NCBI RefSeq assembly: GCF_040566695.1
Contig: NZ_JBEXAE010000001.1
Location: 282,636-346,635 of the forward strand
Source: Sediminicola arcticus
GTDB taxonomy: Bacteria > Bacteroidota > Bacteroidia > Flavobacteriales > Flavobacteriaceae
Direction: 5' to 3'
Length of the DNA: 64,000 bases
Of this stretch, positions 28,920 to 39,576 are shown in pieces (positions within the stretch are counted from its first letter, which is position 1; each line of letters begins with the position of its first letter). The translations under genes were made by a program, and so were the position numbers. The notes under the pieces are model-generated. The model saw only the letters and a list, made by a program, of their open reading frames with translations. It had not been told where the DNA came from and did not search any database.

Positions 28920-29777
28920 CTATCCCACAAGTTTGTTTGTACGTATTACGGCCCGTTCATTTTTCCAATCGATCCATTCCTGTCCCTTCAACTTACGCAT
29001 AAACTGGTCATAATACCGCATCACCAAGACGTTGTAAAAAGCGGTTCCCAAATTTTTTGGGTTTCGGGCAATAGCCCGAAGACTCATGGAAAATCCAGGC
29101 GTTACATATTTCATATAGTGCCAATATCCTTCTGGCATATACAAAACCTCTCCATGCTGTAATTGTGTCTTATAACCCTTAGCATTTTTTAAGGCTGGCC
29201 ATTGGTCTAAATCCGGATTAGAGAAATCGATGCTTTCATGGGTGATAAGCGCATGAGGAACCTTGTACAAATACTTGTTCTCAGACTGAGGAAAAAGGAT
29301 AATTTCTTTCTTTCCCTCAAAATGAAAGTGGAATATATTGGCCAGATCTATGTCGTAATGCATAAAGGTTGAGGAATTCTCTCCTCCAAAAAACAGCATT
29401 GGTAAGCCTTTCATCAATCTCAATCCAAAATCGGGGAAAGAAAAGTCGCGCTGCAACTCGGGCACCTCCTTTAATACATTCCATAAAAAGATTCGATACT
29501 TGGTGGGTTCAGCTTTGAGAAGGTCAATATAGTCTGCCATTTGCATTTTAGCGTGAGGCTCGTTAAACCCATCCTTATGGTTCACGGGCCTATCGTCGTA
29601 TAAGGGTACCGTTTTATGACCGGCCACCTGCTTCATATATTCTAGGCTCCATTTAGAATAGGCAGGCCACGCCTCAATGAAGCGCTCTATAACAACAGGC
29701 TTTTGGGGTTTAAAATACTTTACTATAAAATCTTCCTTGGTAATAGTCTTTACCCGGGGTATATCCTGTAAATTCAA
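28920..29777 (-). CDS. Cupin-like / JmjC-domain protein
   Basis: HxD…H metal-binding arrangement (FMHYDID … YWHYM); 285 aa. Confidence 0.6.
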   Translation of the reverse strand: MNLQDIPRVKTITKEDFIVKYFKPQKPVVIERFIEAWPAYSKWSLEYMKQVAGHKTVPLYDDRPVNHKDGFNEPHAKMQMADYIDLLKAEPTKYRIFLWNVLKEVPELQRDFSFPDFGLRLMKGLPMLFFGGENSSTFMHYDIDLANIFHFHFEGKKEIILFPQSENKYLYKVPHALITHESIDFSNPDLDQWPALKNAKGYKTQLQHGEVLYMPEGYWHYMKYVTPGFSMSLRAIARNPKNLGTAFYNVLVMRYYDQFMRKLKGQEWIDWKNERAVIRTNKLVG

Positions 29778-29846
29778 ACGCTACAGATTATCTTAACCTT
29801 CTAAATTTAATTACCCAATCCGAATCCTTTAACAGGGATTAGAGGT

Positions 29847-30941
29847 CTATTCCGAAAGTTTTGCCTTTTGCTTAGCACTTTCGTTACGTTCTATTGTATG
29901 TCCTGGTCTGCTCCATTTTGGTTTCTCTCCCAAAGGCTGGAATTTAGAATCTTGTGCCTCAACAGTTTTTGGCTGTGACACTTTTGTAAATGGCTTCTGG
30001 GGATTTAAGCCCAAGAGTTTGAACATTTCCATATCCTGGTTAACATCTGGATTAGGGGTGGTCAATAATTTATCTCCTGCAAAAATAGAATTCGCTCCCG
30101 CAAAAAAGCACATTGCCTGTCCTTCTCTACTCATCTCCATGCGCCCTGCAGAAAGCCTTACCTGGGTTTCTGGCATTACAATACGCGTGGTTGCCACCAT
30201 ACGAATCATCTCCCAAATAGAAATAGGCTCAATATCTTCCATTGGCGTTCCTTTAACGGCTACCAAAGCATTGATGGGCACCGATTCTGGCTGTGGGTCC
30301 AAGGTAGCCAAGGCTACTAGCATTCCCGCCCTATCCTCAATCTTTTCACCCATTCCAATAATTCCGCCACTACAAACGGTCACATTGCTTTTTCTTACAT
30401 TTCCTATGGTATCCAAACGGTCCTTAAACGCCCGTGTGGAGATTATATCCTTGTAATAATCCTCAGATGTATCCAAATTGTGGTTGTATGCATACAATCC
30501 GGCTTCCGCCAAACGCTGTGCCTGGTTTTCAGTTAGCATTCCCAAGGTACAGCACACCTCCATATCCAATTTGTTAATGGTGCGCACCATCTCCAATACA
30601 TTGTCAAACTCTGGTCCGTCTTTCACGTTACGCCAAGCTGCACCCATACATACCCTAGAACTTCCGGATGATTTGGCACGAAGGGCCTGGGCCTTAACTT
30701 GCTGAACAGACATAAGGTCATTACCCTCTAAATTGGTATGGTAACGTGCCGCTTGCGGACAGTACCCACAATCTTCTGGACAACCCCCTGTCTTAATAGA
30801 CAACAAGGTAGACACCTGTACTGTATTAGGGTCATGTGATTTACGATGCACCGTTGCTGCCTCATACAGCAACTCCATCAATGGCTTATTGTAAATTTCT
30901 AGAATGGCCTCTTTGGTCCAGTTGTGCTTTATTTCGCTCAT
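29847..30941 (-). CDS. bioB: Biotin synthase
   Basis: Radical-SAM CxxxCxxC (CPEDCGYC) and BioB-specific blocks; 364 aa. Confidence 0.95.
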   Translation of the reverse strand: MSEIKHNWTKEAILEIYNKPLMELLYEAATVHRKSHDPNTVQVSTLLSIKTGGCPEDCGYCPQAARYHTNLEGNDLMSVQQVKAQALRAKSSGSSRVCMGAAWRNVKDGPEFDNVLEMVRTINKLDMEVCCTLGMLTENQAQRLAEAGLYAYNHNLDTSEDYYKDIISTRAFKDRLDTIGNVRKSNVTVCSGGIIGMGEKIEDRAGMLVALATLDPQPESVPINALVAVKGTPMEDIEPISIWEMIRMVATTRIVMPETQVRLSAGRMEMSREGQAMCFFAGANSIFAGDKLLTTPNPDVNQDMEMFKLLGLNPQKPFTKVSQPKTVEAQDSKFQPLGEKPKWSRPGHTIERNESAKQKAKLSE

Positions 30942-31224
30942 AGATCTATATTGTCTGGGGCTTACCGCTATTTTATCGCTTTCCTGCTAGGTTTCCAATC
31001 TTGTCAGATTTTAAAAACGTTGAAGGGTCTAGCAAGGGAAATAGCAGCCGGGCTGTACACTCTATCTTTTCTTTTATCGGTCATCCATCACCTGCAATCC
31101 GAAATCCCAAAAGAAAAGGATGTCATTACCATCCCTAAGCCAAAAGTTCAAATTAAAAATCAAAAATAGCCTATTTACAAATCATATCCCAATAAACAAA
31201 TCTGGAAATATATTGTCCTAAGTT

Positions 31225-31262
31225 AAAAAAGCCTGTGAAACATCAGGATGCCACAGGCCTTA
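31225..31262 (-). terminator. Rho-independent terminator after the flotillin gene
   Basis: Minus-strand GCCUGUG (14-nt loop) CACAGGC followed by U6. Confidence 0.55.
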
Positions 31263-31285
31263 AAATAGTTAATTACGTATGAAGC

Positions 31286-32716
31286 TTATTCTTTACCTGT
31301 CTTGGTCTCAGACTTTTTAGAGTTCGCTTCTGTGTTTTCTGCCTCTAATTCCTTACCCTTCAAATATTCTGGCAATTGCATCCCCGCCATATTGAACATT
31401 TCCTGTAAAGGGGGTACGGATTTGTACATGCCGGAGATAAAATTAGCCGTAGAACCTTTGCCATCCGCAGTTTTAGAACCGGAATCCCAAACGGTCACCT
31501 TATCAATTTTAATATTTTTAATGGCTTCGGCCTGTATCCTTACCAATTCGGGCAATTTATCGGCGATCAATAACAATACGGCATCCTTGGGATTGTTGCC
31601 TGCTGCCTTTACAATCTCATCCAGTCCCTTTGCCTGCTTGGTTAAAACTTCCAACAACCCTTGTGCTTCCGCTTGGGCTTTGAACAAAATGGCGTCTGCC
31701 TCTCCTTTGGCCCTTCTACGGATGCGTTCCGCCTCTGCTTCAGCATCGATCTCCACCTTTTTCTTATCGATCTCTGCAGGAACGATGATATCCGCCATTT
31801 GGGAACTGCGCTCCCTATCGGCCCTAGCAAGTTCCGCGTCCTTTTCTGCAGCATAGGATTCCTCCAAGGCTTTTGCTGACTGGACCTTTTCTGCTGCAAT
31901 GGCCGTGCGTTCTGCCTCCGCCTCTCGTTGACGACGTAGGGAATTCGAATTCGCCTCATTGATTTTTGCAATATTTTCCCCTTCTACGGCTTTAGCATTG
32001 GCAGCCGCTACTTGGGTGCGTTCGTCCTGTACTGCGTTAGCCTCTCCAATGGAACCGTCCCTGTTCTTTTCGGCAACAGATTTACGAGCTGCGTTGATGG
32101 CATGAGCCGCAGCTTCCTTACCTAAAGCTTCTATATAGCCCGACTCGTCAACAATATCCGTGATGTTTACGTTAATCAGTTTTAGTCCTACTTTCTTCAA
32201 TTCCGATTCCACACTTTGTGAAATATTGGTGAGGAATTTATCCCTATCGGAGTTTATTTCTTCAATATCCATTGATGCCACTACCAAACGTAGCTGTCCA
32301 AAAATAATCTCCTTGGCAAGGTCTTGCACTTCTTGCATCCCTTGTCCCAAAAGTCGTTCTGCAGCATTCTGCATAATCCCTGGCTCTGTAGAAATACCAA
32401 TGGTAAAACGAGAGGGTACGTTAACCCTGATATTTTGCTTACTCAGTGCATTTACCAAATTCACCTCTATGGAAATAGGCGTAAGGTCTAGAAATTCATA
32501 ATCTTGAATCACCGGCCAGATAAAAGCCGCCCCACCATGGATACAACGGGCAGAATTACCGGTACCCACCTTACCGTAGACCACTAAAATACGGTCAGAC
32601 GGACATCTTTTATACCTACGTATAAAGGAAATAATAATAATAAAAAAGAATAGAATGGCAAAGCCGATGGCCAGCAAGGTGGCACTGCCGCCCATTTGTA
32701 AGGGTACTGATAGCAT
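31286..32716 (-). CDS. Flotillin / SPFH (band-7) family protein, YqiK-like
   Basis: N-terminal transmembrane helix, SPFH domain, and a long A/E/R-rich coiled coil; 476 aa. Confidence 0.85.
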   Translation of the reverse strand: MLSVPLQMGGSATLLAIGFAILFFFIIIISFIRRYKRCPSDRILVVYGKVGTGNSARCIHGGAAFIWPVIQDYEFLDLTPISIEVNLVNALSKQNIRVNVPSRFTIGISTEPGIMQNAAERLLGQGMQEVQDLAKEIIFGQLRLVVASMDIEEINSDRDKFLTNISQSVESELKKVGLKLINVNITDIVDESGYIEALGKEAAAHAINAARKSVAEKNRDGSIGEANAVQDERTQVAAANAKAVEGENIAKINEANSNSLRRQREAEAERTAIAAEKVQSAKALEESYAAEKDAELARADRERSSQMADIIVPAEIDKKKVEIDAEAEAERIRRRAKGEADAILFKAQAEAQGLLEVLTKQAKGLDEIVKAAGNNPKDAVLLLIADKLPELVRIQAEAIKNIKIDKVTVWDSGSKTADGKGSTANFISGMYKSVPPLQEMFNMAGMQLPEYLKGKELEAENTEANSKKSETKTGKE

Positions 32717-32719
32717 TGA

Positions 32720-33298
32720 TTATTTATTTAGGAGTTCAACAATTAATATTCCGTTTTTGGTCACTTCTTTTACTTGCACAACATCTCCCATGACCAGATC
32801 CCTGGCCTCTTCGGTAAGGGCATCCAATTCGCGGAGTGTCCCCTGTACTTTTATGCTCACCTTGCCAATAGAAGATCTATTGGAGCCAATGGTGAGGTAG
32901 ACTTCCCCAACCTGATTTAAGGCATTGCGTAGTTTAAGGGTGCCACTGCTTTGTAATTTGCTCAAATAATAAAACAGGGAAGCCATGGCGAACATCATGA
33001 TAAGACCGCAAACCAATGAAATAAGTACGGTCATGGTCTTGGACCAGCCCCCTTCAAGGCAGGCAATTCCTGACCATCCAAAAATAGTGAGAAAAGCCAC
33101 AAAATTTTTTATGGACAAGAATTGGAAACCAATTCCCGTATCACCTTCAATTTCGGCATCCACATCGCCGCCAAATTCATCTGCGTCACTACCGATCATG
33201 GTCAGGATCAAAAGGATCATCAAAATAACAGAAGAGATAATTGCTACGGCCCAATAAATTTTTTCGAAGATGGGCAATCCTTCAAACCAAAGTTCCAT
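32720..33298 (-). CDS. NfeD/YqiJ-like membrane protein (flotillin partner, C-terminal OB-fold)
   Basis: 192 aa with membrane helices plus a C-terminal beta-rich domain. Sits 3 bp upstream of the flotillin gene, as in the E. coli yqiJK operon. Confidence 0.6.
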   Translation of the reverse strand: MELWFEGLPIFEKIYWAVAIISSVILMILLILTMIGSDADEFGGDVDAEIEGDTGIGFQFLSIKNFVAFLTIFGWSGIACLEGGWSKTMTVLISLVCGLIMMFAMASLFYYLSKLQSSGTLKLRNALNQVGEVYLTIGSNRSSIGKVSIKVQGTLRELDALTEEARDLVMGDVVQVKEVTKNGILIVELLNK

Positions 33299-33368
33299 AT
33301 GTATTACACGTTTTTGTTAAAGGCTGGTAAGATAGAATATTTTCTTATATTTTTTGAAAAATACTTCC

Positions 33369-34523
33369 CTACCTTGAAAGAAGAACAGATACAGCATTTC
33401 CCCCAAAACCTACGGCATTTACCATGACCTTATTGATTTTTTGGAGAGCAGGCTCTTGATGTAAGTAAGGAACTCCAATATATTTCTGTTTTTGAAACAT
33501 CAATATGGCCAATTCCATGCTTAACATCCCCGATGCCCCAAACGTATGTCCAATCTTCCATTTATTAGTAGTAAGAAGTGGCTTTTTGTTACGGAAAATT
33601 TTCGCAATGGCATTTTTTTCGGATAAATCGCCCTTTATGGTGCCCGGGGCGTGCATCACAATCACATCTACCTCATCAGGATTCGTAGTACCCAAGGCCA
33701 TATGCATGGAGCGCTGGAAACATTCGGCCTCCGTGGATATGGAAATGTTGTGCTGTAACACTTCCGTGGCGTAGCCTACCCCTTCTATCACTGCCAAGGC
33801 ATTGTCTTTTCTACCCCTTTCCATACATATCATGGAGGCACCCTCACCCAAGACCATGGTATTCGACTTTTTTTTCAGGTCCAAAGCGCGACAAGGATAG
33901 TCCGATTCTTCTCTGGAATAAATTTTTAAAGCCTTCATCTGAGCAATGGTAAAAGGTGTCAAAGGAGCTTCGGATCCCCCTACCATAAACTTATCTGCCA
34001 TCCCACTCTTAATCCAAGCCATTCCGTTCAATACGGCGTGCAACGCTGTGGAACAGGTAATGGAATGGGATATTTCTGGACCTTTTGTTTGTAGGTCGTG
34101 TGCAATCCAAGAAGAAATATTCCCCAATGTAGTCGTTGGCGAGGCCAAAGTGGAGGTCTTATTGGTGCTCAGAAATTCTTTGTGGTATTTTTCAAATAGG
34201 GTTGTTGCTCCCCTTGAGGAACCTACATTCACCCCAAAATTATCCCCTGATTTCCACTTGGCCATTTGCATGGCTTTTCGTGAGGCGAACATTGCATAAA
34301 GCACACTGTTATCCAGACCTTTATATTTTGAATCAAAGGTTTTAAACTCTTCTATCTCTTCCTTGGCATGGTCAGGAAGTGGAGCAACCCACGCCATGTA
34401 CTCCCCTATTTTTTTCTCAATCAGATGGTGCTCGTCCTTAAGGTAATTCTCCCAAGACTCTTCCAAGGAAATTCCCAAAGGAGAAATGGAAGCTAAGGCG
34501 GTGATCGAAACAAGGTTACTCAA
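33369..34523 (-). CDS. Beta-ketoacyl-ACP synthase family protein (FabB/FabF-like elongating KAS)
   Basis: Thiolase fold with a Cys-His-His triad: SITCSTALH, VIVMHAPGT and KIGHTFGASG. 384 aa. Confidence 0.8.
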   Translation of the reverse strand: MSNLVSITALASISPLGISLEESWENYLKDEHHLIEKKIGEYMAWVAPLPDHAKEEIEEFKTFDSKYKGLDNSVLYAMFASRKAMQMAKWKSGDNFGVNVGSSRGATTLFEKYHKEFLSTNKTSTLASPTTTLGNISSWIAHDLQTKGPEISHSITCSTALHAVLNGMAWIKSGMADKFMVGGSEAPLTPFTIAQMKALKIYSREESDYPCRALDLKKKSNTMVLGEGASMICMERGRKDNALAVIEGVGYATEVLQHNISISTEAECFQRSMHMALGTTNPDEVDVIVMHAPGTIKGDLSEKNAIAKIFRNKKPLLTTNKWKIGHTFGASGMLSMELAILMFQKQKYIGVPYLHQEPALQKINKVMVNAVGFGGNAVSVLLSR

Positions 34524-34537
34524 AATAGGTTGAATTT

Positions 34538-35806
34538 TTAAACGATATCAAAAACACTTTCAATAGCACTGTAAATCTTTTCCAATTGTGCATCGGAGAC
34601 AATATAAGGAGCCGTGATATAGATAGTACTACCTAAAGGTCTTAAAAAGACACCTCGTTCCATAAAATGTTGCATTAATTTATCGCGAAGATTGCCGTAA
34701 CGCTCCATCTCTATATTCAGGTCCAAGGCATAAATAATCCCAGTTTGTCGGGTCCTGGCCACTTTGGGATGGTTTTTTATCCGTTTATCAAAAGCTTGGT
34801 GCGACTTAATTATTCTCGCTATACTATCCTGTATTTCTTTAGATTGCAACAGTTCCAATCCCGCCAAAGCTGCCGTACATGCCAACGGGTTGGCAGTATA
34901 GGTATGACCGTGAAAGAGTCCTTTTGCCATATCATCACTATAAAACGCATTATATACATCTTCTGTACAACTGGTAATGGCCATAGGGATGAGTCCAGCC
35001 GTTAAGGCTTTAGACATGCAGATAATATCTGGTTTAGTTTCAATTTGATCCGAAGCAAAATGAGTGCCGGTTTTTCCAAAACCCGTCATAACCTCATCAG
35101 CAATAGTTATAACATGATTTTTCTTTAAGATTTTTAAAATTTCCCCAAGCCCTTTTGCGTCGTGCATTTGCATAGCTGCAGCACCTTGAACCAAAGGCTC
35201 ATAGATAAACCCTGCAATATTTCCTTCCGCGAGGTAGGTTTGCAACAAGAAAAGAATCTCTTGTATATTTTCTTTGCTGGGAGGTGGGATACGTTTTACC
35301 TCAATGAAAAAGTCCTCGAAGGGACCGTTATAGACCGATAATCCGGAAACAGACATCGCCCCAAAAGTATCCCCATGAAAGGCATCTTCGAAAGCCAAAA
35401 GTACATTCCGCTTCTCACCCTTGTTAAAGTGGTATTGCAACGCCATTTTAATTCCAATCTCCGTAGCTGTGGAGCCATTGTCGGAGAAAAATAACTTTTC
35501 TTGATTGTAAGGTAATATTTTTATGAGCTCTTCGGACAACTTCACTGCAGGCTCGTGAGTGAAACCACTAAAAACTACCTGATCCAACTGTTGCATCTGC
35601 TGATATACCTTTTCTAAAATATAGTCGTTGCAATGGCCATAGACACTGGTATACCAAGAAGAGATACCATCTATGTATTCCTTTCCATCTTCATCAAACA
35701 ACAAGGCACCCTTGGCCTTTGTAATCCCCAACATTCTTGGATGCAGCTTATGTTGTGTCAATGGGTGCCACACATGTTTCGCATCTCTTTCCGAAATATT
35801 TTTCAA
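34538..35806 (-). CDS. bioA: Adenosylmethionine--8-amino-7-oxononanoate transaminase
   Basis: Class-III PLP aminotransferase with DEVMTGFGKTG; 422 aa. Confidence 0.9.
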   Translation of the reverse strand: MKNISERDAKHVWHPLTQHKLHPRMLGITKAKGALLFDEDGKEYIDGISSWYTSVYGHCNDYILEKVYQQMQQLDQVVFSGFTHEPAVKLSEELIKILPYNQEKLFFSDNGSTATEIGIKMALQYHFNKGEKRNVLLAFEDAFHGDTFGAMSVSGLSVYNGPFEDFFIEVKRIPPPSKENIQEILFLLQTYLAEGNIAGFIYEPLVQGAAAMQMHDAKGLGEILKILKKNHVITIADEVMTGFGKTGTHFASDQIETKPDIICMSKALTAGLIPMAITSCTEDVYNAFYSDDMAKGLFHGHTYTANPLACTAALAGLELLQSKEIQDSIARIIKSHQAFDKRIKNHPKVARTRQTGIIYALDLNIEMERYGNLRDKLMQHFMERGVFLRPLGSTIYITAPYIVSDAQLEKIYSAIESVFDIV

Positions 35807-35875
35807 TTGTATAAAATTTAAAGAACCAGCTTTTTATCTATCTTGCAAAGATGAGAAATAAACTTAAACCCTTCT

Positions 35876-37363
35876 GTGTTTACCATGGTATTTGATTTTC
35901 GCAAAACGAACTTCTATGGCCTTAAGAGCAGGACTGTTTTTCTCTTCTTATTTCTTTTGGCATTTTTTATTAGAGCCCCTTTTTTCTTTAGGGATTATAT
36001 AGACAGGGATGAAAGCACATTTATTCTAATGGGGCAGTCATGGGTAGAAGGCCATTTGCCGTATACCGAGCTTTGGGACCTAAAACCGCCTATTACCTTT
36101 CTATTCTTTGCTGGTATCATTTATGCCTTTGGTAAAAGTTTTATTGCCATCCGTATATTTGGAACCTTGGTAGTCGCCATTACTTCTTTCTTCACTTTTA
36201 AAATTGGCAAGGACGTAGGAGGTAACAAACTTGGAATATGGACCGCTATTGCCTGTACGGTACTTCAAAGCCTATTCGGAAGCCTTCAAGGTGTCATGTC
36301 TGAACATCTCAGTGTTGCATTTTTAATGCCCGCTATCTTTATTATCTTAAAATGCAATAAGTACTATTGGTATAGCCTAGCAGGAATTTTAATGGGATTA
36401 ACGGTTATGACCAAGCTGAACCTTGCTTATGCCATATTGGTCTTAGGCTTATTCCTTCTTTATAGATCATTCGCAGAAAAGAAATTAAAACAGGGCATCC
36501 TGAATTTAGTTTTTCTTGCATTGGGGGCTGTTTTTGTGATTCTTCTAACTGTTTTACCCTATTACCAAAATGACCTTACAGCACTTTGGTGGCAATCTGT
36601 TATCCTAGCCCCTTTGGAATATGCATCCGCAAATAGAGGCTCTTTATTGGATGTGCTACCCACCTGTTTAATTATTATTGGATTTTTTCTTTGGGCATGG
36701 AAAAAGAAATATCTCGATTTTAAAAATCGGAACATTCAGCTTTTGTTCATCATAGTAGTTGGAATCTTGTTCTCTTTTGTGAGAGGAGGAAAAATTAATG
36801 GGCACTACTTAATACAAATATATCCAGTGATGTTGCTTTTGGTTGGATTAGTTTTTCGTGCCGTTCCATCCATGAATCGCTTTAAATGGAATCCATATTA
36901 TGCCCTAATTCTTCTTCTAGTTCCCATAGAGAGCTATCTAGAGTACTACGCTATCATTAAACACAAGGCAGAAAAAGGAACGTTTTTCAATGGAGAAGGC
37001 ATAGAAGTTCCACAATACATTACAGATAATCATTTGGACACCTCCAACATTTTGTTTTTAGAATATCATATTGGGTATTGGCTACTAGACAAAAAGCCTC
37101 TGACCAAGATTTCTACACATCCAAGTAATATCTGTAAAGTGGAAATGTTTCCTTACAGCGGAACAACTAGAAAGACAGCTATGGCAGAAATAAAATTTCT
37201 TTTGGAGGAGATACAACCCACTTTGGTAATCACAAGAGATAAGAAAAATTTTTTTGCTAAGGAAAATGTCTCGGAAAATGCGTTTACAAGGAAATACCTA
37301 AACCAACATTACCGCATCATTAAGGTCATTGATCATGCTGAGATAAGGCAGCGGTTAAAGTAA
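35876..37363 (+). CDS. Polytopic membrane glycosyltransferase-like protein (GT39/ArnT/PMT_2-like)
   Basis: 495 aa with about 11 transmembrane helices and an N-terminal DxD-like DRDE loop. Sits on the strand opposite to, and inside, the bio cluster. Confidence 0.45.
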   Translation: MFTMVFDFRKTNFYGLKSRTVFLFLFLLAFFIRAPFFFRDYIDRDESTFILMGQSWVEGHLPYTELWDLKPPITFLFFAGIIYAFGKSFIAIRIFGTLVVAITSFFTFKIGKDVGGNKLGIWTAIACTVLQSLFGSLQGVMSEHLSVAFLMPAIFIILKCNKYYWYSLAGILMGLTVMTKLNLAYAILVLGLFLLYRSFAEKKLKQGILNLVFLALGAVFVILLTVLPYYQNDLTALWWQSVILAPLEYASANRGSLLDVLPTCLIIIGFFLWAWKKKYLDFKNRNIQLLFIIVVGILFSFVRGGKINGHYLIQIYPVMLLLVGLVFRAVPSMNRFKWNPYYALILLLVPIESYLEYYAIIKHKAEKGTFFNGEGIEVPQYITDNHLDTSNILFLEYHIGYWLLDKKPLTKISTHPSNICKVEMFPYSGTTRKTAMAEIKFLLEEIQPTLVITRDKKNFFAKENVSENAFTRKYLNQHYRIIKVIDHAEIRQRLK

Positions 37364-37972
37364 TTCCAAGTTATCTTTAAAAAGAGTTGCATACTTTTTT
37401 ATGGTCGCCTTGTCAAAAGATACTTCCTCGTCTATTCTCCCGATTACAGGTACTTGGGTTTTTTTCACTATAATACTTTCTGTGGTGGGGTGCTCCTTAC
37501 CACTAAAAATAACAGACACATCATACCCTTTCATTTTTAACCAGTTGATGGTCAATAAGGAATGATTGATACTGCCTAAGTAATGTCTACAAACCACTAC
37601 AACCTGATAGGTTGGCATAATAATATCCAGAATGGTGTCCGATTCATTTAGAGGCACCAATACCCCTCCAGCCCCTTCAATGACCAAATGGTTATTAGTC
37701 TTGGGTTCGTAAATTTTATTGAGTTCTATGGTGATCCCATCCAATTCTGCAGCTGCATGTGGGCTCATTGGTGTTTTAAGGGCATAGCTGTTTTTGTGGA
37801 TCACCGTTTTCTTATTGGAAATCAAAGCAGCAATTTTGTGACTGTCTGTATGATCCAAATCTCCCGCTTGTATGGGTTTCCAATAATCCGCTTCTAAAGC
37901 TTCTGTGATTATTGCGGAAGCTATGGTCTTACCCACTTCAGTAGATATTCCTGTTACAAATATTCTTTTCAT
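37355..37972 (-). CDS. bioD: ATP-dependent dethiobiotin synthetase
   Basis: P-loop GISTEVGKT; 205 aa. Confidence 0.85.
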   Translation of the reverse strand: MKRIFVTGISTEVGKTIASAIITEALEADYWKPIQAGDLDHTDSHKIAALISNKKTVIHKNSYALKTPMSPHAAAELDGITIELNKIYEPKTNNHLVIEGAGGVLVPLNESDTILDIIMPTYQVVVVCRHYLGSINHSLLTINWLKMKGYDVSVIFSGKEHPTTESIIVKKTQVPVIGRIDEEVSFDKATIKKYATLFKDNLELL

Positions 37973-37986
37973 AAAATAGTGATGTC

Positions 37987-38367
37987 CTAGGGTTTTGTTA
38001 TAAAATTACAATGTAAACATTTGTATTTTTTCTTTTCAAAAAATGGAAAAAGTTTATAAAATAAAGTTTTTCTGTTATAATATGTTTCTGATCGTTGAGC
38101 CTTACAGTTGGGACAAACTATTAACTCTCCTTGATCATCTGTTGCATAATTCCTGATTTCATTATAAATTTCCAAGGCTTCCTCCTTGTCACTTGAGTAA
38201 ACCAGAAGTTTTACCCCGCCAATGGCATTACTAATCAATGGATCTGAACTTAACGTATTTTCATCCCTTAAAAAAACCTGAATGCCTTCTGCTTCTAATC
38301 GGCCCTTTATAATTTGAACATCCGCAACATATTCAAAGGCCCCAAGCAAATAAAATTCTTGACTCAT
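37987..38367 (-). CDS. DUF2007-like protein with a C-terminal CxxC…CxxC zinc ribbon
   Basis: 126 aa. The N-terminal β-α fold resembles DUF2007. CPNC…CLHC tail. Confidence 0.5.
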   Translation of the reverse strand: MSQEFYLLGAFEYVADVQIIKGRLEAEGIQVFLRDENTLSSDPLISNAIGGVKLLVYSSDKEEALEIYNEIRNYATDDQGELIVCPNCKAQRSETYYNRKTLFYKLFPFFEKKKYKCLHCNFITKP

Positions 38368-38375
38368 AGTATTTT

Positions 38376-39515
38376 TTAAATGAATATAGCCAATAACCGC
38401 AATACTTCGGCTATTTCTGTTTTCGTATTATATGCATGCAAACAAAACCTCAATCGCTCCTGCCCTTCCTTAACCGTTGGTGACATAATTGGTTTAACAT
38501 CGAACCCTTTTTTGTGGAGCTGCAAGGCTATGGCCTTAACCCGATCATTACCAGAAATTACACAACACTGGATGGCCGAATTACTTTCAATAAAATTCAA
38601 ACCTTGTAATGCCAATTGCTCTCTAAAATAGGTGATATTTTCCTTGAGTCCGTCCAAATTAGTGGTATGGGATAACTCATGATAGGACATTTGTATAGTA
38701 GCCAAAGAATGAGGTGGCATCCCCGTGGTATAGATAAAACTACGTGCGAAGTTGACCAAATATTGTTTTAATGTTGTGCTTCCCAAAACCGCTGCCCCAT
38801 GGCAACCCATCGCCTTTCCAAAGGTGACTATCCTCGCGAATACCTCTTGGTGCAATCCTAATTCTTGTAATAACCCCACGCCAGAACTACCCAATACCCC
38901 TACTGCATGAGCTTCATCCACAATTAGTCTACAGCTGTGGTCCTTGCAAAATTCCACAAAAGCTTTTATATCTGGGCTATCCCCATCCATAGAGAAAACG
39001 GATTCTGTAATAATATACACTTCACCATAATTTGAGTTGCTTCGGGTGGAATTCAAAAGCCGATAAACATCGGACAGATCATTATGATTAAACTTATAAG
39101 CCTTAGCGTTACTCATTGCTAAACCATCCCTTATGGATGCATGGATTAGTTCGTCATATAAAATAACATCCCCTCTTTGTGGTATGGATCCAAACACTCC
39201 TAAATTAGCATCATAGCCAGAATTAAAAACGAGTGCAGCAGAACAATCGTGGAAAGAGGCAAGCTTGTTCTCCAAAACCTCGTACAGGAGATTATTACCC
39301 GATAACAATCGGGATCCGGTAGCTCCATTAACCTTATAGTTCTTCTCTGCCAATAGAGCAGATGCACCCTCAAAAATATGAGTATCCTTGGCAAATCCCA
39401 AATAATCATTAGAGGAAAAATCTATGGGGATATGTGAAATAGTTAATTCCCTCAAGCAATTGTTTTCTGCTCTTTCGGATAGTTTATCACGTAGTTTTTT
39501 AGGGAAATGGTCCAT
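38376..39515 (-). CDS. bioF: 8-amino-7-oxononanoate synthase
   Basis: PLP-dependent AOS family with lysine motif TFGKAMG. The start is placed at the internal Met (MDHFPKKLRDKL…), so the 43-codon low-complexity N-terminal extension of the tracked ORF is excluded. Confidence 0.85.
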   Translation of the reverse strand: MDHFPKKLRDKLSERAENNCLRELTISHIPIDFSSNDYLGFAKDTHIFEGASALLAEKNYKVNGATGSRLLSGNNLLYEVLENKLASFHDCSAALVFNSGYDANLGVFGSIPQRGDVILYDELIHASIRDGLAMSNAKAYKFNHNDLSDVYRLLNSTRSNSNYGEVYIITESVFSMDGDSPDIKAFVEFCKDHSCRLIVDEAHAVGVLGSSGVGLLQELGLHQEVFARIVTFGKAMGCHGAAVLGSTTLKQYLVNFARSFIYTTGMPPHSLATIQMSYHELSHTTNLDGLKENITYFREQLALQGLNFIESNSAIQCCVISGNDRVKAIALQLHKKGFDVKPIMSPTVKEGQERLRFCLHAYNTKTEIAEVLRLLAIFI

Positions 39516-39576
39516 AACACAAATGTAGTATATCCTATTTTTAAATGTTATATTCGTGAAGATAAACCATTGAAAA

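Noticed and set aside
30924-31169. 81-aa ORF in the bioB upstream region
   Set aside because: It overlaps the bioB start and leader, is hydrophobic and low-complexity, and sits on the strand opposite to all flanking genes, so it is likely non-coding.
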